Below are positions 23,170 through 32,906 of a stretch of 64,000 bases of DNA, in pieces; positions within the stretch are counted from its first letter, which is position 1, and each line of letters starts with the position of its first letter. The position numbers and the translations under genes were made by a program. The notes beneath the pieces were generated by a model that saw nothing but the letters and a program-made list of their open reading frames with translations, made no database searches and had not been told where the DNA came from. The stretch is from TPA_inf: Saccharomyces (taxonomy: Eukaryota): the NCBI GenBank assembly GCA_000146045.2, contig BK006936.2:384001-448000 (forward strand). The letters are read 5' to 3'.

Positions 23170-24729
23170 GTTTTTTTGGATGCTTGTTTATGTATGTACT
23201 CTATAGTCAGTGAAATTTATTTACTTGTGGCGATAGTGATTTTCCTGGCTTCTTTACTTTATTTTTTTTCAGGATAGATTTATTCTCTGGATTATTTATT
23301 AAGATGAAAAATAAGAATAAAGAAAAAGAAAGAAGGATGAAGAAAAAAGAAAAATACAGGCCAAGGCCTTTCAAGGTGAGCTGTTGCCAGGTTTTTCCGC
23401 AGCGGGAAAAATCTCGCAGACCATGTGACCGCCGGTACTCCTTTTCCTGTTGCTCGGCCATTTGATCCTCGCTTCGAGAAAAACTATAACAATTGATTAG
23501 TGCGGAGAGGAGGATAGGCGGTAAGATCAGTTTTGTTTATTGTATAAATGAGATACTTTGGAATAAGGACATTAGCCTTATGTTACATCATTTCTTATCA
23601 CGTAAGACTACTTATTGTCAAACTTTTTATGAAGTCATAAGGTGGACATATGAATAGTGCAGTTACCCTTGTTCAGGAATGACACCTTGTGCATTCCAGT
23701 GAGAAAGGAATGTTGACTAAAACAGTAGCTGTGCTTTTTTTTTTCTTTTTTGCCTTTTTATTCTTAATGTTCAAGAAAACTTTCTTTCCATGGAATGTAT
23801 GAGGACCCTTTATTTTGAGGAATGGGTTCGAATTTATCATGCAAATTGGCAAGAATTTACTAAGTGGACTATATTTAAAGAGTTGAATTTTACGGTGAAA
23901 GTAAATTAACGCTACTTCTGTTGTTTTGGAAAAGCCAAGTTCAAGTTTCTTTTCTTGATTATTTATTCTCGTAACGATTTCGCTTTTCCTCTCTATATAT
24001 TTTCCTACTCCATTCTGTAAAGAGCTTCCAGAACAAAATATAAATAAATAAAAAAAACTTCTCTTCAGGCAAGAGTACGTTCTTCGCTGGTTTCCTACAG
24101 AATCAAAAGAGTACTGCAGCTTATTGTACACACTTACAATATTCAAAACATGTGTGGCCTACTCGGTTCCTGGCAAGGTTAAGCCAAGTGGTGTAGTTAC
24201 CAGAAAAAAGTGAACACATACAAGATACGATGCGTAAGTACATAAGGTATGACAGCCTGTAACAAATCCACGTTAGATTTATATCTTCTAGGCTGAGAAT
24301 CTGGCAGGTTTTAGCAAAACATATATAACTTGCTCTCATTAAGCGGGCTCACTGCTTAAGCGATTGTTACCTGGAACTACAGGCAAGTACAATAGCCTCC
24401 TCCAGCTTTTGACTCTGAAAAAAAGGTAACGAAAGAAACTTTTCACACAGATAGGAACTATTCTAATATTACAGTAAAGCCAGCTATGGAATAACAGGTG
24501 GCATGTGCCCACTGTATTCATGTATGAGCGGCCTTTTTTTTCCACGAAAACAGATATGATGATGTTTTAGGCCAAAATGGTGAGATCCTTTTACAGGAAG
24601 ATTTTACGCCAACTCTTTCCATTTAGTGACACAGGTGAGGGTCTTTTATCGGCGCAAGGTGTTTCAGATGAGCCATTTTGCCCGTAGTCCGGTTTAATCA
24701 GCCTCATTGGAATTCCCCGGCACCGCTCG

Positions 24730-24774
24730 CATTCCGCGTACGACTCAAAGAATTTCCCATTGAATTCGGGAATG
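24730..24774. promoter_or_regulatory. TEC1: Inverted pair of Tec1-binding TCS motifs (CATTCC at 24730..24735; GGAATG at 24769..24774)
   Basis: CATTCY consensus on opposite strands, 34 bp apart and ~400-440 bp upstream of the TEC1 ATG. This is consistent with Tec1 autoregulation. Confidence 0.45.
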
Positions 24775-25009
24775 TGCGTGTTTCAGATTGCGTTTGCTTA
24801 TTATTCTGGGAAACTCTCCGGAAACAAGCTGAGCTGGACTCCACGAATGGTCCCTCACAAGGCTCTTGGCTCATGCACAGTTAAAAAGCACCTGTAGCTA
24901 CCATCAGCAATCCATGGTGCTGGAGTTTCTCTCGATGGTACGGCCCATAGCTGGAGAAAATAGCTTATTACCAAAAAAGTAATTCCCCCGCAGAGGTATA
25001 TATTAAGTT

Positions 25010-25081
25010 TGAAACAAAAGGCTTGCTTAATTTTTTACATATGACAACCCTTTTCTTACTTTTATAAATGTTTATGAAACA
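25010..25081 (+). promoter_or_regulatory. TEC1: Two Ste12 pheromone-response elements (TGAAACA at 25010..25016 and 25075..25081) upstream of TEC1
   Basis: Exact TGAAACA heptamers at -159 and -94 from the TEC1 ATG. TEC1 is a known Ste12/Tec1 (filamentation response element) target. Confidence 0.6.
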
Positions 25082-25168
25082 GGAGATTCTTCGACTGGTG
25101 CCAGATTCCTCCCATATCGACAAGAAGAATAATCCACCTATTTCAACAATTCTGATACCTGTTTAACC

Positions 25169-26629
25169 ATGAGTCTTAAAGAAGACGACTTTGGCAAGGA
25201 TAATTCTAGAAATATAGAATCATATACTGGTAGAATTTTTGACGTATATATACAAAAAGATTCGTATTCACAGTCGGCCTTGGATGATATGTTTCCAGAA
25301 GCCGTAGTTTCAACCGCCGCTTGTGTGAAAAATGAAGCGGAGGATAACATCAATCTCATAGACACGCATCCTCAATTCGAACTGGTAAATACTGGACTGG
25401 GTGCTAAATCGGACGATTTGAAATCTCCATCAGCAAAGGCTACGTTCACTGACAAGCAGAGGAAGAATGAAGTACCAAATATATCTGTGAGCAACTACTT
25501 TCCCGGACAAAGTAGCGAAACGTCGTCAACAACGGAATCTTGGACTATCGGTTGTGATAAGTGGTCAGAAAAGGTAGAAGAGGCATTCCTTGAGGCACTT
25601 AGACTGATAATGAAAAATGGGACCACAAAAATAAAAATAAGAAATGCCAATTTTGGAAGAAACGAGCTGATTTCATTATATATCAAGCACAAAACCAACG
25701 AGTTCAGAACCAAAAAGCAAATTTCTTCCCATATTCAAGTCTGGAAGAAGACCATACAAAACAAAATCAAGGACTCGCTGACCCTATCATCAAAGGAGAA
25801 GGAGCTTCTACACCTTATCGAACATGGCGCTGAACAAACTACTGAAAACTCAAACCTGTTTTATGACATATTTGAAGAAATTATCGACTCTCTACCTTCA
25901 GTCAGTGATTCTGGAAGTTTAACCCCTAAAAACCTCTATGTAAGTAATAATAGCAGTGGATTGTCAGTACATTCAAAACTGCTTACGCCAATCACTGCTT
26001 CCAACGAGAAAAAAATTGAAAATTTCATAAAAACTAATGCTGCATCTCAAGCCAAAACCCCCCTCATTTACGCTAAGCACATTTATGAAAACATAGACGG
26101 CTACAAGTGCGTTCCGTCAAAGAGGCCTCTTGAACAACTTTCCCCCACGGAACTCCACCAGGGAGATCGCCCCAATAAGGCTAGCTTTTCCAACAAGAAG
26201 GCAATCCTGGAGAGTGCAAAAAAAATCGAAATAGAGCAGAGAAAGATAATCAACAAATACCAAAGAATTTCCCGCATACAAGAACATGAAAGTAATCCTG
26301 AGTTCAGTTCCAATTCCAATTCCGGTTCAGAGTACGAATCGGAGGAAGAAGTAGTCCCAAGATCAGCCACAGTCACACAACTCCAAAGCAGACCAGTGCC
26401 ATACTACAAGAATAATGGAATGCCCTACTCACTCTCCAAAGTACGAGGAAGGCCCATGTATCCAAGACCTGCTGAAGATGCTTACAATGCCAATTATATT
26501 CAAGGTCTGCCCCAGTACCAAACATCTTATTTTTCGCAGCTGTTATTATCATCACCCCAGCATTACGAACATTCTCCACATCAAAGGAACTTTACGCCAT
26601 CCAACCAATCGCATGGGAACTTTTATTAA
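25169..26629 (+). CDS. TEC1: TEA/ATTS-domain transcription factor for filamentous growth, 486 aa
   Basis: 486-aa ORF. TEA domain: ...WSEKVEEAFLEALRLIMKNGTTKIKIRNANFGRNELISLYIKHKTNEFRTKKQISSHIQVWKK... (YBR083W). Confidence 0.92.
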   Translation: MSLKEDDFGKDNSRNIESYTGRIFDVYIQKDSYSQSALDDMFPEAVVSTAACVKNEAEDNINLIDTHPQFELVNTGLGAKSDDLKSPSAKATFTDKQRKNEVPNISVSNYFPGQSSETSSTTESWTIGCDKWSEKVEEAFLEALRLIMKNGTTKIKIRNANFGRNELISLYIKHKTNEFRTKKQISSHIQVWKKTIQNKIKDSLTLSSKEKELLHLIEHGAEQTTENSNLFYDIFEEIIDSLPSVSDSGSLTPKNLYVSNNSSGLSVHSKLLTPITASNEKKIENFIKTNAASQAKTPLIYAKHIYENIDGYKCVPSKRPLEQLSPTELHQGDRPNKASFSNKKAILESAKKIEIEQRKIINKYQRISRIQEHESNPEFSSNSNSGSEYESEEEVVPRSATVTQLQSRPVPYYKNNGMPYSLSKVRGRPMYPRPAEDAYNANYIQGLPQYQTSYFSQLLLSSPQHYEHSPHQRNFTPSNQSHGNFY

Positions 26630-27053
26630 ATGTCTACATACATACATACATCTCGTACATAAATACGCATACGTATCTTCGTAGTAAGAACCGTCACAGA
26701 TATGATTGAGCACGGTACAATTATGTATTAGTCAAACATTACCAGTTCTCGAACAAAACCAAAGCTACTCCTGCAACACTCTTCTATCGCACATGTATGG
26801 TTCTTATTGTTTCCCGAGTTCTTTTTTACTGACGCGCCAGAACGAGTAAGAAAGTTCTCTAGCGCCATGCTGAAATTTTTTTCACTTCAACGGACAGCGA
26901 TTTTTTTTCTTTTTCCTCCGAAATAATGTTGCAGCGGTTCTCGATGCCTCAAGAATTGCAGAAGTAAACCAGCCAATACACATCAAAAAACAACTTTCAT
27001 TACTGTGATTCTCTCAGTCTGTTCATTTGTCAGATATTTAAGGCTAAAAGGAA

Positions 27054-29981
27054 ATGTTGTCGAGACTATCTTTATTGAGTAACTCGAGGGCGTTCCAACA
27101 GGCCAGATGGCGCATTTACCGCTTAAAAGTTTCGCCAACTGTGCATGCTTCTCAATACCATATTCTTTCTGGTAGGAAACTTGCTCAATCTATTCGAGAA
27201 AAAGCCAATGATGAGATACAAGCCATTAAGCTTAAGCATCCTAATTTCAAGCCTACCTTGAAAATCATTCAAGTCGGGGCCAGACCAGACTCATCTACGT
27301 ACGTGAGGATGAAATTGAAAGCTTCAAAGGACAGCAATGTAGACTGTATCATAGAGAAGTTACCAGCAGAAATCACTGAAGTTGAGCTTTTGAAGAAAAT
27401 TAGTGACATCAATGATGATGACTCTATCCATGGGTTGCTAATTCAACTACCTCTACCGCGTCACTTGGATGAAACCACGATTACAAACGCTGTGGACTTT
27501 AAAAAGGACGTTGATGGGTTCCACAGATATAATGCTGGTGAATTGGCTAAAAAAGGAGGGAAACCATACTTCATACCATGTACTCCTTATGGTTGCATGA
27601 AATTACTTGAAGAAGCTCATGTTAAGTTAGATGGTAAGAACGCCGTCGTGTTAGGCAGATCAAGTATCGTCGGAAATCCAATTGCTTCGTTGTTGAAAAA
27701 TGCGAATGCCACTGTTACTGTCTGTCATAGTCATACAAGGAACATTGCAGAAGTGGTCTCCCAAGCTGATATAGTTATCGCAGCTTGCGGTATTCCTCAA
27801 TACGTTAAATCAGACTGGATTAAAGAAGGCGCCGTGGTTATTGATGTAGGTATCAACTACGTACCTGATATCAGTAAGAAAAGTGGGCAAAAATTAGTTG
27901 GTGATGTTGATTTTGATTCTGTAAAGGAAAAGACATCTTATATTACCCCTGTTCCTGGTGGAGTGGGTCCAATGACTGTCGCTATGCTTGTTTCCAATGT
28001 ACTATTAGCTGCTAAAAGGCAATTCGTGGAATCTGAAAAGCTTCCAGTTATCAAACCTCTTCCATTACACTTAGAAAGTCCAGTGCCTTCAGATATTGAT
28101 ATATCAAGAGCTCAGAGTCCTAAGCATATCAAGCAAGTTGCCGAGGAGTTGGGAATCCACTCTCACGAATTAGAATTATACGGCCACTATAAGGCAAAAA
28201 TTTCTCCAAATATTTTTAAAAGATTAGAATCTAGAGAAAACGGTAAGTACGTCCTTGTTGCAGGTATTACTCCGACTCCATTGGGTGAAGGTAAATCCAC
28301 TACGACTATGGGGTTGGTGCAGGCTTTATCCGCTCATTTAGGGAAACCATCCATCGCGAACGTTAGACAACCATCTCTTGGCCCAACCCTGGGTGTCAAA
28401 GGTGGTGCTGCTGGTGGTGGTTATGCCCAAGTTATTCCTATGGACGAGTTCAATTTACATTTGACCGGGGATATTCATGCTATCAGCGCTGCGAACAATC
28501 TTCTTGCAGCAGCTATCGACACTAGAATGTTCCATGAAGCCACTCAGAAGAATGATAGTACATTTTACAAGAGACTAGTTCCAAGAAAAAAAGGCATCAG
28601 AAAGTTTACCCCATCCATGCAGAGAAGGCTTAAAAGATTGGATATTGAAAAAGAAGACCCTGATGCTTTAACACCTGAAGAAGTCAAAAGATTTGCTAGA
28701 TTGAACATAAATCCCGATACTATCACTATCAGAAGAGTTGTCGACATCAATGACAGGATGTTAAGACAAATTACCATTGGCGAAGCCGCTACGGAGAAGG
28801 GTTTTACAAGGACCACTGGATTCGATATCACTGTTGCCTCTGAATTAATGGCCATTTTAGCTCTATCTAAAAGCTTACACGAGATGAAGGAACGTATTGG
28901 ACGCATGGTTATTGGTGCTGATTATGATAACAAACCAGTAACAGTAGAAGATATTGGCTGTACCGGTGCTCTGACTGCATTATTACGTGACGCTATAAAG
29001 CCTAACTTAATGCAAACTTTGGAAGGGACCCCCGTAATGGTTCACGCTGGTCCTTTCGCCAACATCTCCATCGGCGCATCATCAGTAATTGCAGACTTAA
29101 TGGCATTGAAGCTTGTTGGTTCAGAAAAGAACCCGTTAAATGACAAGAACATCCATGAACCTGGTTATGTAGTTACTGAAGCAGGATTCGATTTTGCCAT
29201 GGGTGGTGAAAGATTCTTTGATATCAAATGTCGTTCCTCTGGATTGGTGCCAGATGCAGTTGTCTTAGTCGCAACCGTAAGAGCTTTGAAATCTCATGGA
29301 GGTGCTCCAAATGTTAAGCCCGGACAATCATTACCAAAAGAATACACAGAGGAAAACATCGATTTTGTTGCCAAGGGTGTTAGTAATTTGGTTAAGCAGA
29401 TTGAAAACATCAAAACGTTTGGAATACCAGTCGTTGTAGCAATCAACAGATTTGAAACAGACTCACAGGCAGAGATTGAGGTAATCAAGAAAGCAGCCTT
29501 GAATGCTGGCGCATCTCATGCCGTTACTTCTAATCACTGGATGGAAGGTGGTAAAGGTGCAGTAGAATTAGCACATGCTGTGGTAGATGCAACGAAAGAA
29601 CCAAAGAACTTTAACTTTTTGTACGACGTCAATAGCTCCATCGAGGACAAGCTTACCAGCATCGTCCAAAAAATGTATGGTGGGGCAAAAATCGAAGTAT
29701 CACCAGAAGCCCAAAAAAAGATAGACACCTACAAAAAACAAGGCTTCGGTAATCTTCCCATCTGTATTGCTAAGACACAATATTCATTATCCCATGATCC
29801 ATCATTAAAGGGTGTTCCTAGAGGTTTTACGTTCCCCATCAGGGATGTGAGAGCTTCAATAGGTGCAGGTTATTTATACGCTTTGGCTGCAGAAATTCAA
29901 ACCATACCGGGTCTATCGACATATGCTGGTTACATGGCAGTAGAAGTCGACGACGACGGTGAAATTGAAGGTCTATTTTAA
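27054..29981 (+). CDS. MIS1: Mitochondrial trifunctional C1-tetrahydrofolate synthase, 975 aa
   Basis: N-terminal mitochondrial presequence (MLSRLSLLSNSRAFQQARWRIYRL). It has a dehydrogenase/cyclohydrolase domain followed by a formyl-THF synthetase domain (...GITPTPLGEGKSTTT...). Confidence 0.92.
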   Translation: MLSRLSLLSNSRAFQQARWRIYRLKVSPTVHASQYHILSGRKLAQSIREKANDEIQAIKLKHPNFKPTLKIIQVGARPDSSTYVRMKLKASKDSNVDCIIEKLPAEITEVELLKKISDINDDDSIHGLLIQLPLPRHLDETTITNAVDFKKDVDGFHRYNAGELAKKGGKPYFIPCTPYGCMKLLEEAHVKLDGKNAVVLGRSSIVGNPIASLLKNANATVTVCHSHTRNIAEVVSQADIVIAACGIPQYVKSDWIKEGAVVIDVGINYVPDISKKSGQKLVGDVDFDSVKEKTSYITPVPGGVGPMTVAMLVSNVLLAAKRQFVESEKLPVIKPLPLHLESPVPSDIDISRAQSPKHIKQVAEELGIHSHELELYGHYKAKISPNIFKRLESRENGKYVLVAGITPTPLGEGKSTTTMGLVQALSAHLGKPSIANVRQPSLGPTLGVKGGAAGGGYAQVIPMDEFNLHLTGDIHAISAANNLLAAAIDTRMFHEATQKNDSTFYKRLVPRKKGIRKFTPSMQRRLKRLDIEKEDPDALTPEEVKRFARLNINPDTITIRRVVDINDRMLRQITIGEAATEKGFTRTTGFDITVASELMAILALSKSLHEMKERIGRMVIGADYDNKPVTVEDIGCTGALTALLRDAIKPNLMQTLEGTPVMVHAGPFANISIGASSVIADLMALKLVGSEKNPLNDKNIHEPGYVVTEAGFDFAMGGERFFDIKCRSSGLVPDAVVLVATVRALKSHGGAPNVKPGQSLPKEYTEENIDFVAKGVSNLVKQIENIKTFGIPVVVAINRFETDSQAEIEVIKKAALNAGASHAVTSNHWMEGGKGAVELAHAVVDATKEPKNFNFLYDVNSSIEDKLTSIVQKMYGGAKIEVSPEAQKKIDTYKKQGFGNLPICIAKTQYSLSHDPSLKGVPRGFTFPIRDVRASIGAGYLYALAAEIQTIPGLSTYAGYMAVEVDDDGEIEGLF

Positions 29982-30185
29982 ATAGTTTGGCAGACTCCTA
30001 ATGGCATCAATTCGACCTCGATGTCCGTCTGCACGAGTACCCTTTATATAAACAATTGAGATGAGAATATTAGAAAAATGGGTTTTAGTTATGTAGGTAT
30101 ATGTGCATACATACGTATTATCGAAGTTTTTGCTACCTGTTTATTAACTGAGTATGTATATTAAGATAAATTAATTAAAGAAAAT

Positions 30186-30753
30186 TTAAGCGTCTTCCTT
30201 CAATAAAGCATCTCTCTTTTCAGCAACTCTTTGAGCTCTTCTGTCACGAGCAGCTCTGTTCTTCAATCTTCTAGCTTCAGCTTCTTCGTTCAAAGCCTTT
30301 TCACGTTGAGCATCAGCCTTAGCTTGGATGATGTGTTCAACCAAGGCTCTCTTGTGTTTGAAAGCGTTACCCTTAGATTCCTTGTACAAAACATGGTACA
30401 AGTGCTTGTCAATCTTACCAGCATCACGGTACTTAGCCAATAATCTTCTCAAGACACGTAATCTTCTGATCCAGACAACTTGGGATGGTAAACGGGCTTC
30501 TCTGGTACCCTTTCTCTTACCGTAACCACTGTGACGACCTTCTCTCTTAGATTGAGCATGGGCTCTGGTTCTGGATTTAGAGTGGACGGTAACGGCCTTC
30601 TTTACGATGGTACCGTTCTTAACCAATTTTCTAATGGCGTTTCTGGAGTTGGCTTGAGCAATTTCAGAGGTTTCATTTGGATCTAACCAAACCTTTCTCT
30701 TACCGACACCGACGACAGAAGCGGCAAGTCTCTTTTGAGTACGTAAATTAGCC
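30186..30753 (-). CDS. RPL19A: RPL19A exon 2; ribosomal protein L19 (eL19)
   Basis: Encodes (M)[52 protein letters not shown]...KEDA. It extends ORF 30186..30626 upstream to the CAG 3' splice site at 30756..30754. Confidence 0.92.
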
Positions 30754-31259
30754 CTGTTAAAGTCATGTTAGTTATTATCGTTCTGTAAGAAGGAAAAAGT
30801 CTATTCGCGTCGAAAGATAGAAATTGCGGTGGTAGACACTTTAAAACTCGCTATAGAAAAATGACATGGTTATTATGTATGCTGGATACTGCAGCAGCTC
30901 GAGTAACTTTTATCACGTAACTGGTTCTCGTATTGAATACTCATATTAATGGTCTCACTTATCGCTATAAATATCTTAATGGTAAACTGCACAGAAAAAA
31001 AATTCTTCCACAAGTTTCCTCTTTTGCCTTTTAGTGCTAAAACTCCGATTATAGAAACATCTGGCTTCACTAGCATATTCATGATGCAAATGGAACACAG
31101 TATCGTTCTTGGCATATATTACCCATATCACTTTTCAATAACGCTGGTGTTTCAGGTGATAACTCATCAAACTCGCATTCCTCAAGAGGGAGTTATTATA
31201 ACAATTCTATCTTATTCCTGATAAACTTTCATAGATTCATTATTCACTGCATCACATAC
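30754..31259 (-). other. RPL19A: RPL19A intron (506 nt)
   Basis: Minus strand: AT|GTATGT with GTATGT at 31259..31254; branch-like AACTAAC at 30773..30767; 3' splice site CAG at 30756..30754. Confidence 0.85.
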
Positions 31260-31261
31260 AT
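31260..31261 (-). CDS. RPL19A: RPL19A exon 1 (2 nt: AT of the initiator ATG)
   Basis: Minus strand reads AAAAAT|GTATGTGATG. The G of ATG is supplied by exon 2 (G GCT AAT TTA ... = M A N L). Confidence 0.85.
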
Positions 31262-31666
31262 TTTTGCTTTGGAGTTCTTAATCAACTTTCTATGTGAAGC
31301 GTAAAATCAATAGTTACCTTGTATTCTCTGTTGATCACTGTCCAAACCTATATTTTTGTTTCCCCCTCAGAGAAGTTAGGTCGATGCCTATCGTAGTTTG
31401 CAAGGAAGACGGCTTCCAACTGAGACCGCCCTAGTCTGGCAGGATTCGTGAAAGGAGTCCATGCCAGCTGCTACCCAGGGATTGCCACGGCCCCGGCCAG
31501 CGTATAGTACACTGTCAGGAGCAATTCGAAGAGGCAACCAAAATTATGCTAAGCATCGCACTCTCTCTCAGTCTGGTGCTAAGCGGAAGACATGCTTCCA
31601 ATGGCCTCCTCACCGAGAACGGATATTAAACGAAACGAAGAAAAAAAATCTTCACGGAAAATGCGT

Positions 31667-31695
31667 AATGTCTGGATGACAAAATGCATGGGTGT
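31667..31695 (-). promoter_or_regulatory. RPL19A: Pair of Rap1 sites upstream of RPL19A (ACACCCATGCATT strong; ACATCCAGACATT weaker)
   Basis: Minus strand reads CTTTTTTACACCCATGCATTTTGTCATCCAGACATTACGCATT. The two sites are tandem, ~410-450 bp upstream of the RPL19A ATG, a typical ribosomal-protein promoter architecture. Confidence 0.7.
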
Positions 31696-31784
31696 AAAAA
31701 AGGAAATGAGACGAACTTGTAATAAACCTTAGTGGGTTGACGAATTTTGAAATAAAGTTTTTCCTTTTTTTTTTTTTTTTTCTT

Positions 31785-31796
31785 TTTCATTGTTTG
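31785..31796 (+). promoter_or_regulatory. AAC3: Rox1-type hypoxic operator candidate (TTTCATTGTTTG; core ATTGTT) upstream of AAC3, preceded by a ~27-nt T-tract
   Basis: The ATTGTT core at 31789..31794 lies 190 bp upstream of the AAC3 ATG. A second ATTGTC is at 31841..31846. AAC3 is the oxygen-repressed isoform. Confidence 0.5.
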
Positions 31797-31982
31797 GTTG
31801 CCTTCAAATTACATATAAGATTTCTCGAGAAGGGTTTTCCATTGTCCTTTTCATTAGGCGTTGAAGTGAATCTAAAGTGCGCTTGAATGATTTCAGATAG
31901 AAAGACTAAAGAAGTGGTGTGAGTATAATTAACTCAATTGAAGACGGTTTACCTGAAGTGATATACTGTGCCTTGAGAAACA

Positions 31983-32906
31983 ATGAGTAGCGACGCTAAG
32001 CAACAAGAAACAAACTTTGCCATTAATTTCTTAATGGGTGGTGTGAGTGCGGCCATCGCTAAAACTGCTGCCTCACCAATCGAAAGAGTCAAGATCTTGA
32101 TCCAAAATCAAGATGAAATGATCAAGCAAGGAACTTTAGATAAAAAGTATTCCGGTATCGTGGATTGTTTCAAGAGAACTGCAAAGCAAGAGGGACTAAT
32201 ATCCTTTTGGCGAGGAAATACTGCCAATGTTATTCGTTATTTTCCCACTCAAGCTTTGAACTTCGCCTTCAAAGATAAGATTAAGTTGATGTTTGGTTTC
32301 AAGAAAGAGGAAGGCTATGGTAAATGGTTTGCAGGTAATCTGGCTTCTGGTGGTGCAGCTGGTGCTCTTTCGTTATTATTTGTTTATTCTTTAGATTTTG
32401 CCAGAACCAGACTTGCTGCTGATGCAAAATCGTCGAAAAAGGGTGGCGCTCGCCAATTCAATGGGTTGACTGATGTTTATAAAAAGACCTTGAAATCGGA
32501 TGGTATCGCAGGATTATACAGAGGATTCATGCCATCAGTAGTGGGTATCGTGGTTTATAGAGGACTATATTTCGGTATGTTTGATTCTCTCAAGCCACTG
32601 GTGCTAACTGGTTCATTAGATGGTTCATTCTTGGCTTCATTTTTATTGGGATGGGTGGTCACTACAGGTGCCTCAACATGTTCTTATCCATTAGACACAG
32701 TGAGAAGAAGAATGATGATGACTTCAGGTCAAGCAGTAAAGTACAACGGTGCTATAGATTGTCTCAAAAAAATCGTAGCTTCTGAAGGTGTAGGGTCATT
32801 GTTCAAAGGCTGCGGGGCAAATATCTTGAGAAGTGTTGCTGGAGCTGGTGTTATTTCCATGTATGACCAGTTGCAAATGATATTGTTCGGTAAAAAATTC
32901 AAATGA
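31983..32906 (+). CDS. AAC3: Mitochondrial ADP/ATP carrier isoform (hypoxic), 307 aa
   Basis: 307 aa with triplicated mitochondrial-carrier repeats and the RRRMMM signature ([16 protein letters not shown]), which is diagnostic for ADP/ATP carriers (YBR085W). Confidence 0.92.
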   Translation: MSSDAKQQETNFAINFLMGGVSAAIAKTAASPIERVKILIQNQDEMIKQGTLDKKYSGIVDCFKRTAKQEGLISFWRGNTANVIRYFPTQALNFAFKDKIKLMFGFKKEEGYGKWFAGNLASGGAAGALSLLFVYSLDFARTRLAADAKSSKKGGARQFNGLTDVYKKTLKSDGIAGLYRGFMPSVVGIVVYRGLYFGMFDSLKPLVLTGSLDGSFLASFLLGWVVTTGASTCSYPLDTVRRRMMMTSGQAVKYNGAIDCLKKIVASEGVGSLFKGCGANILRSVAGAGVISMYDQLQMILFGKKFK

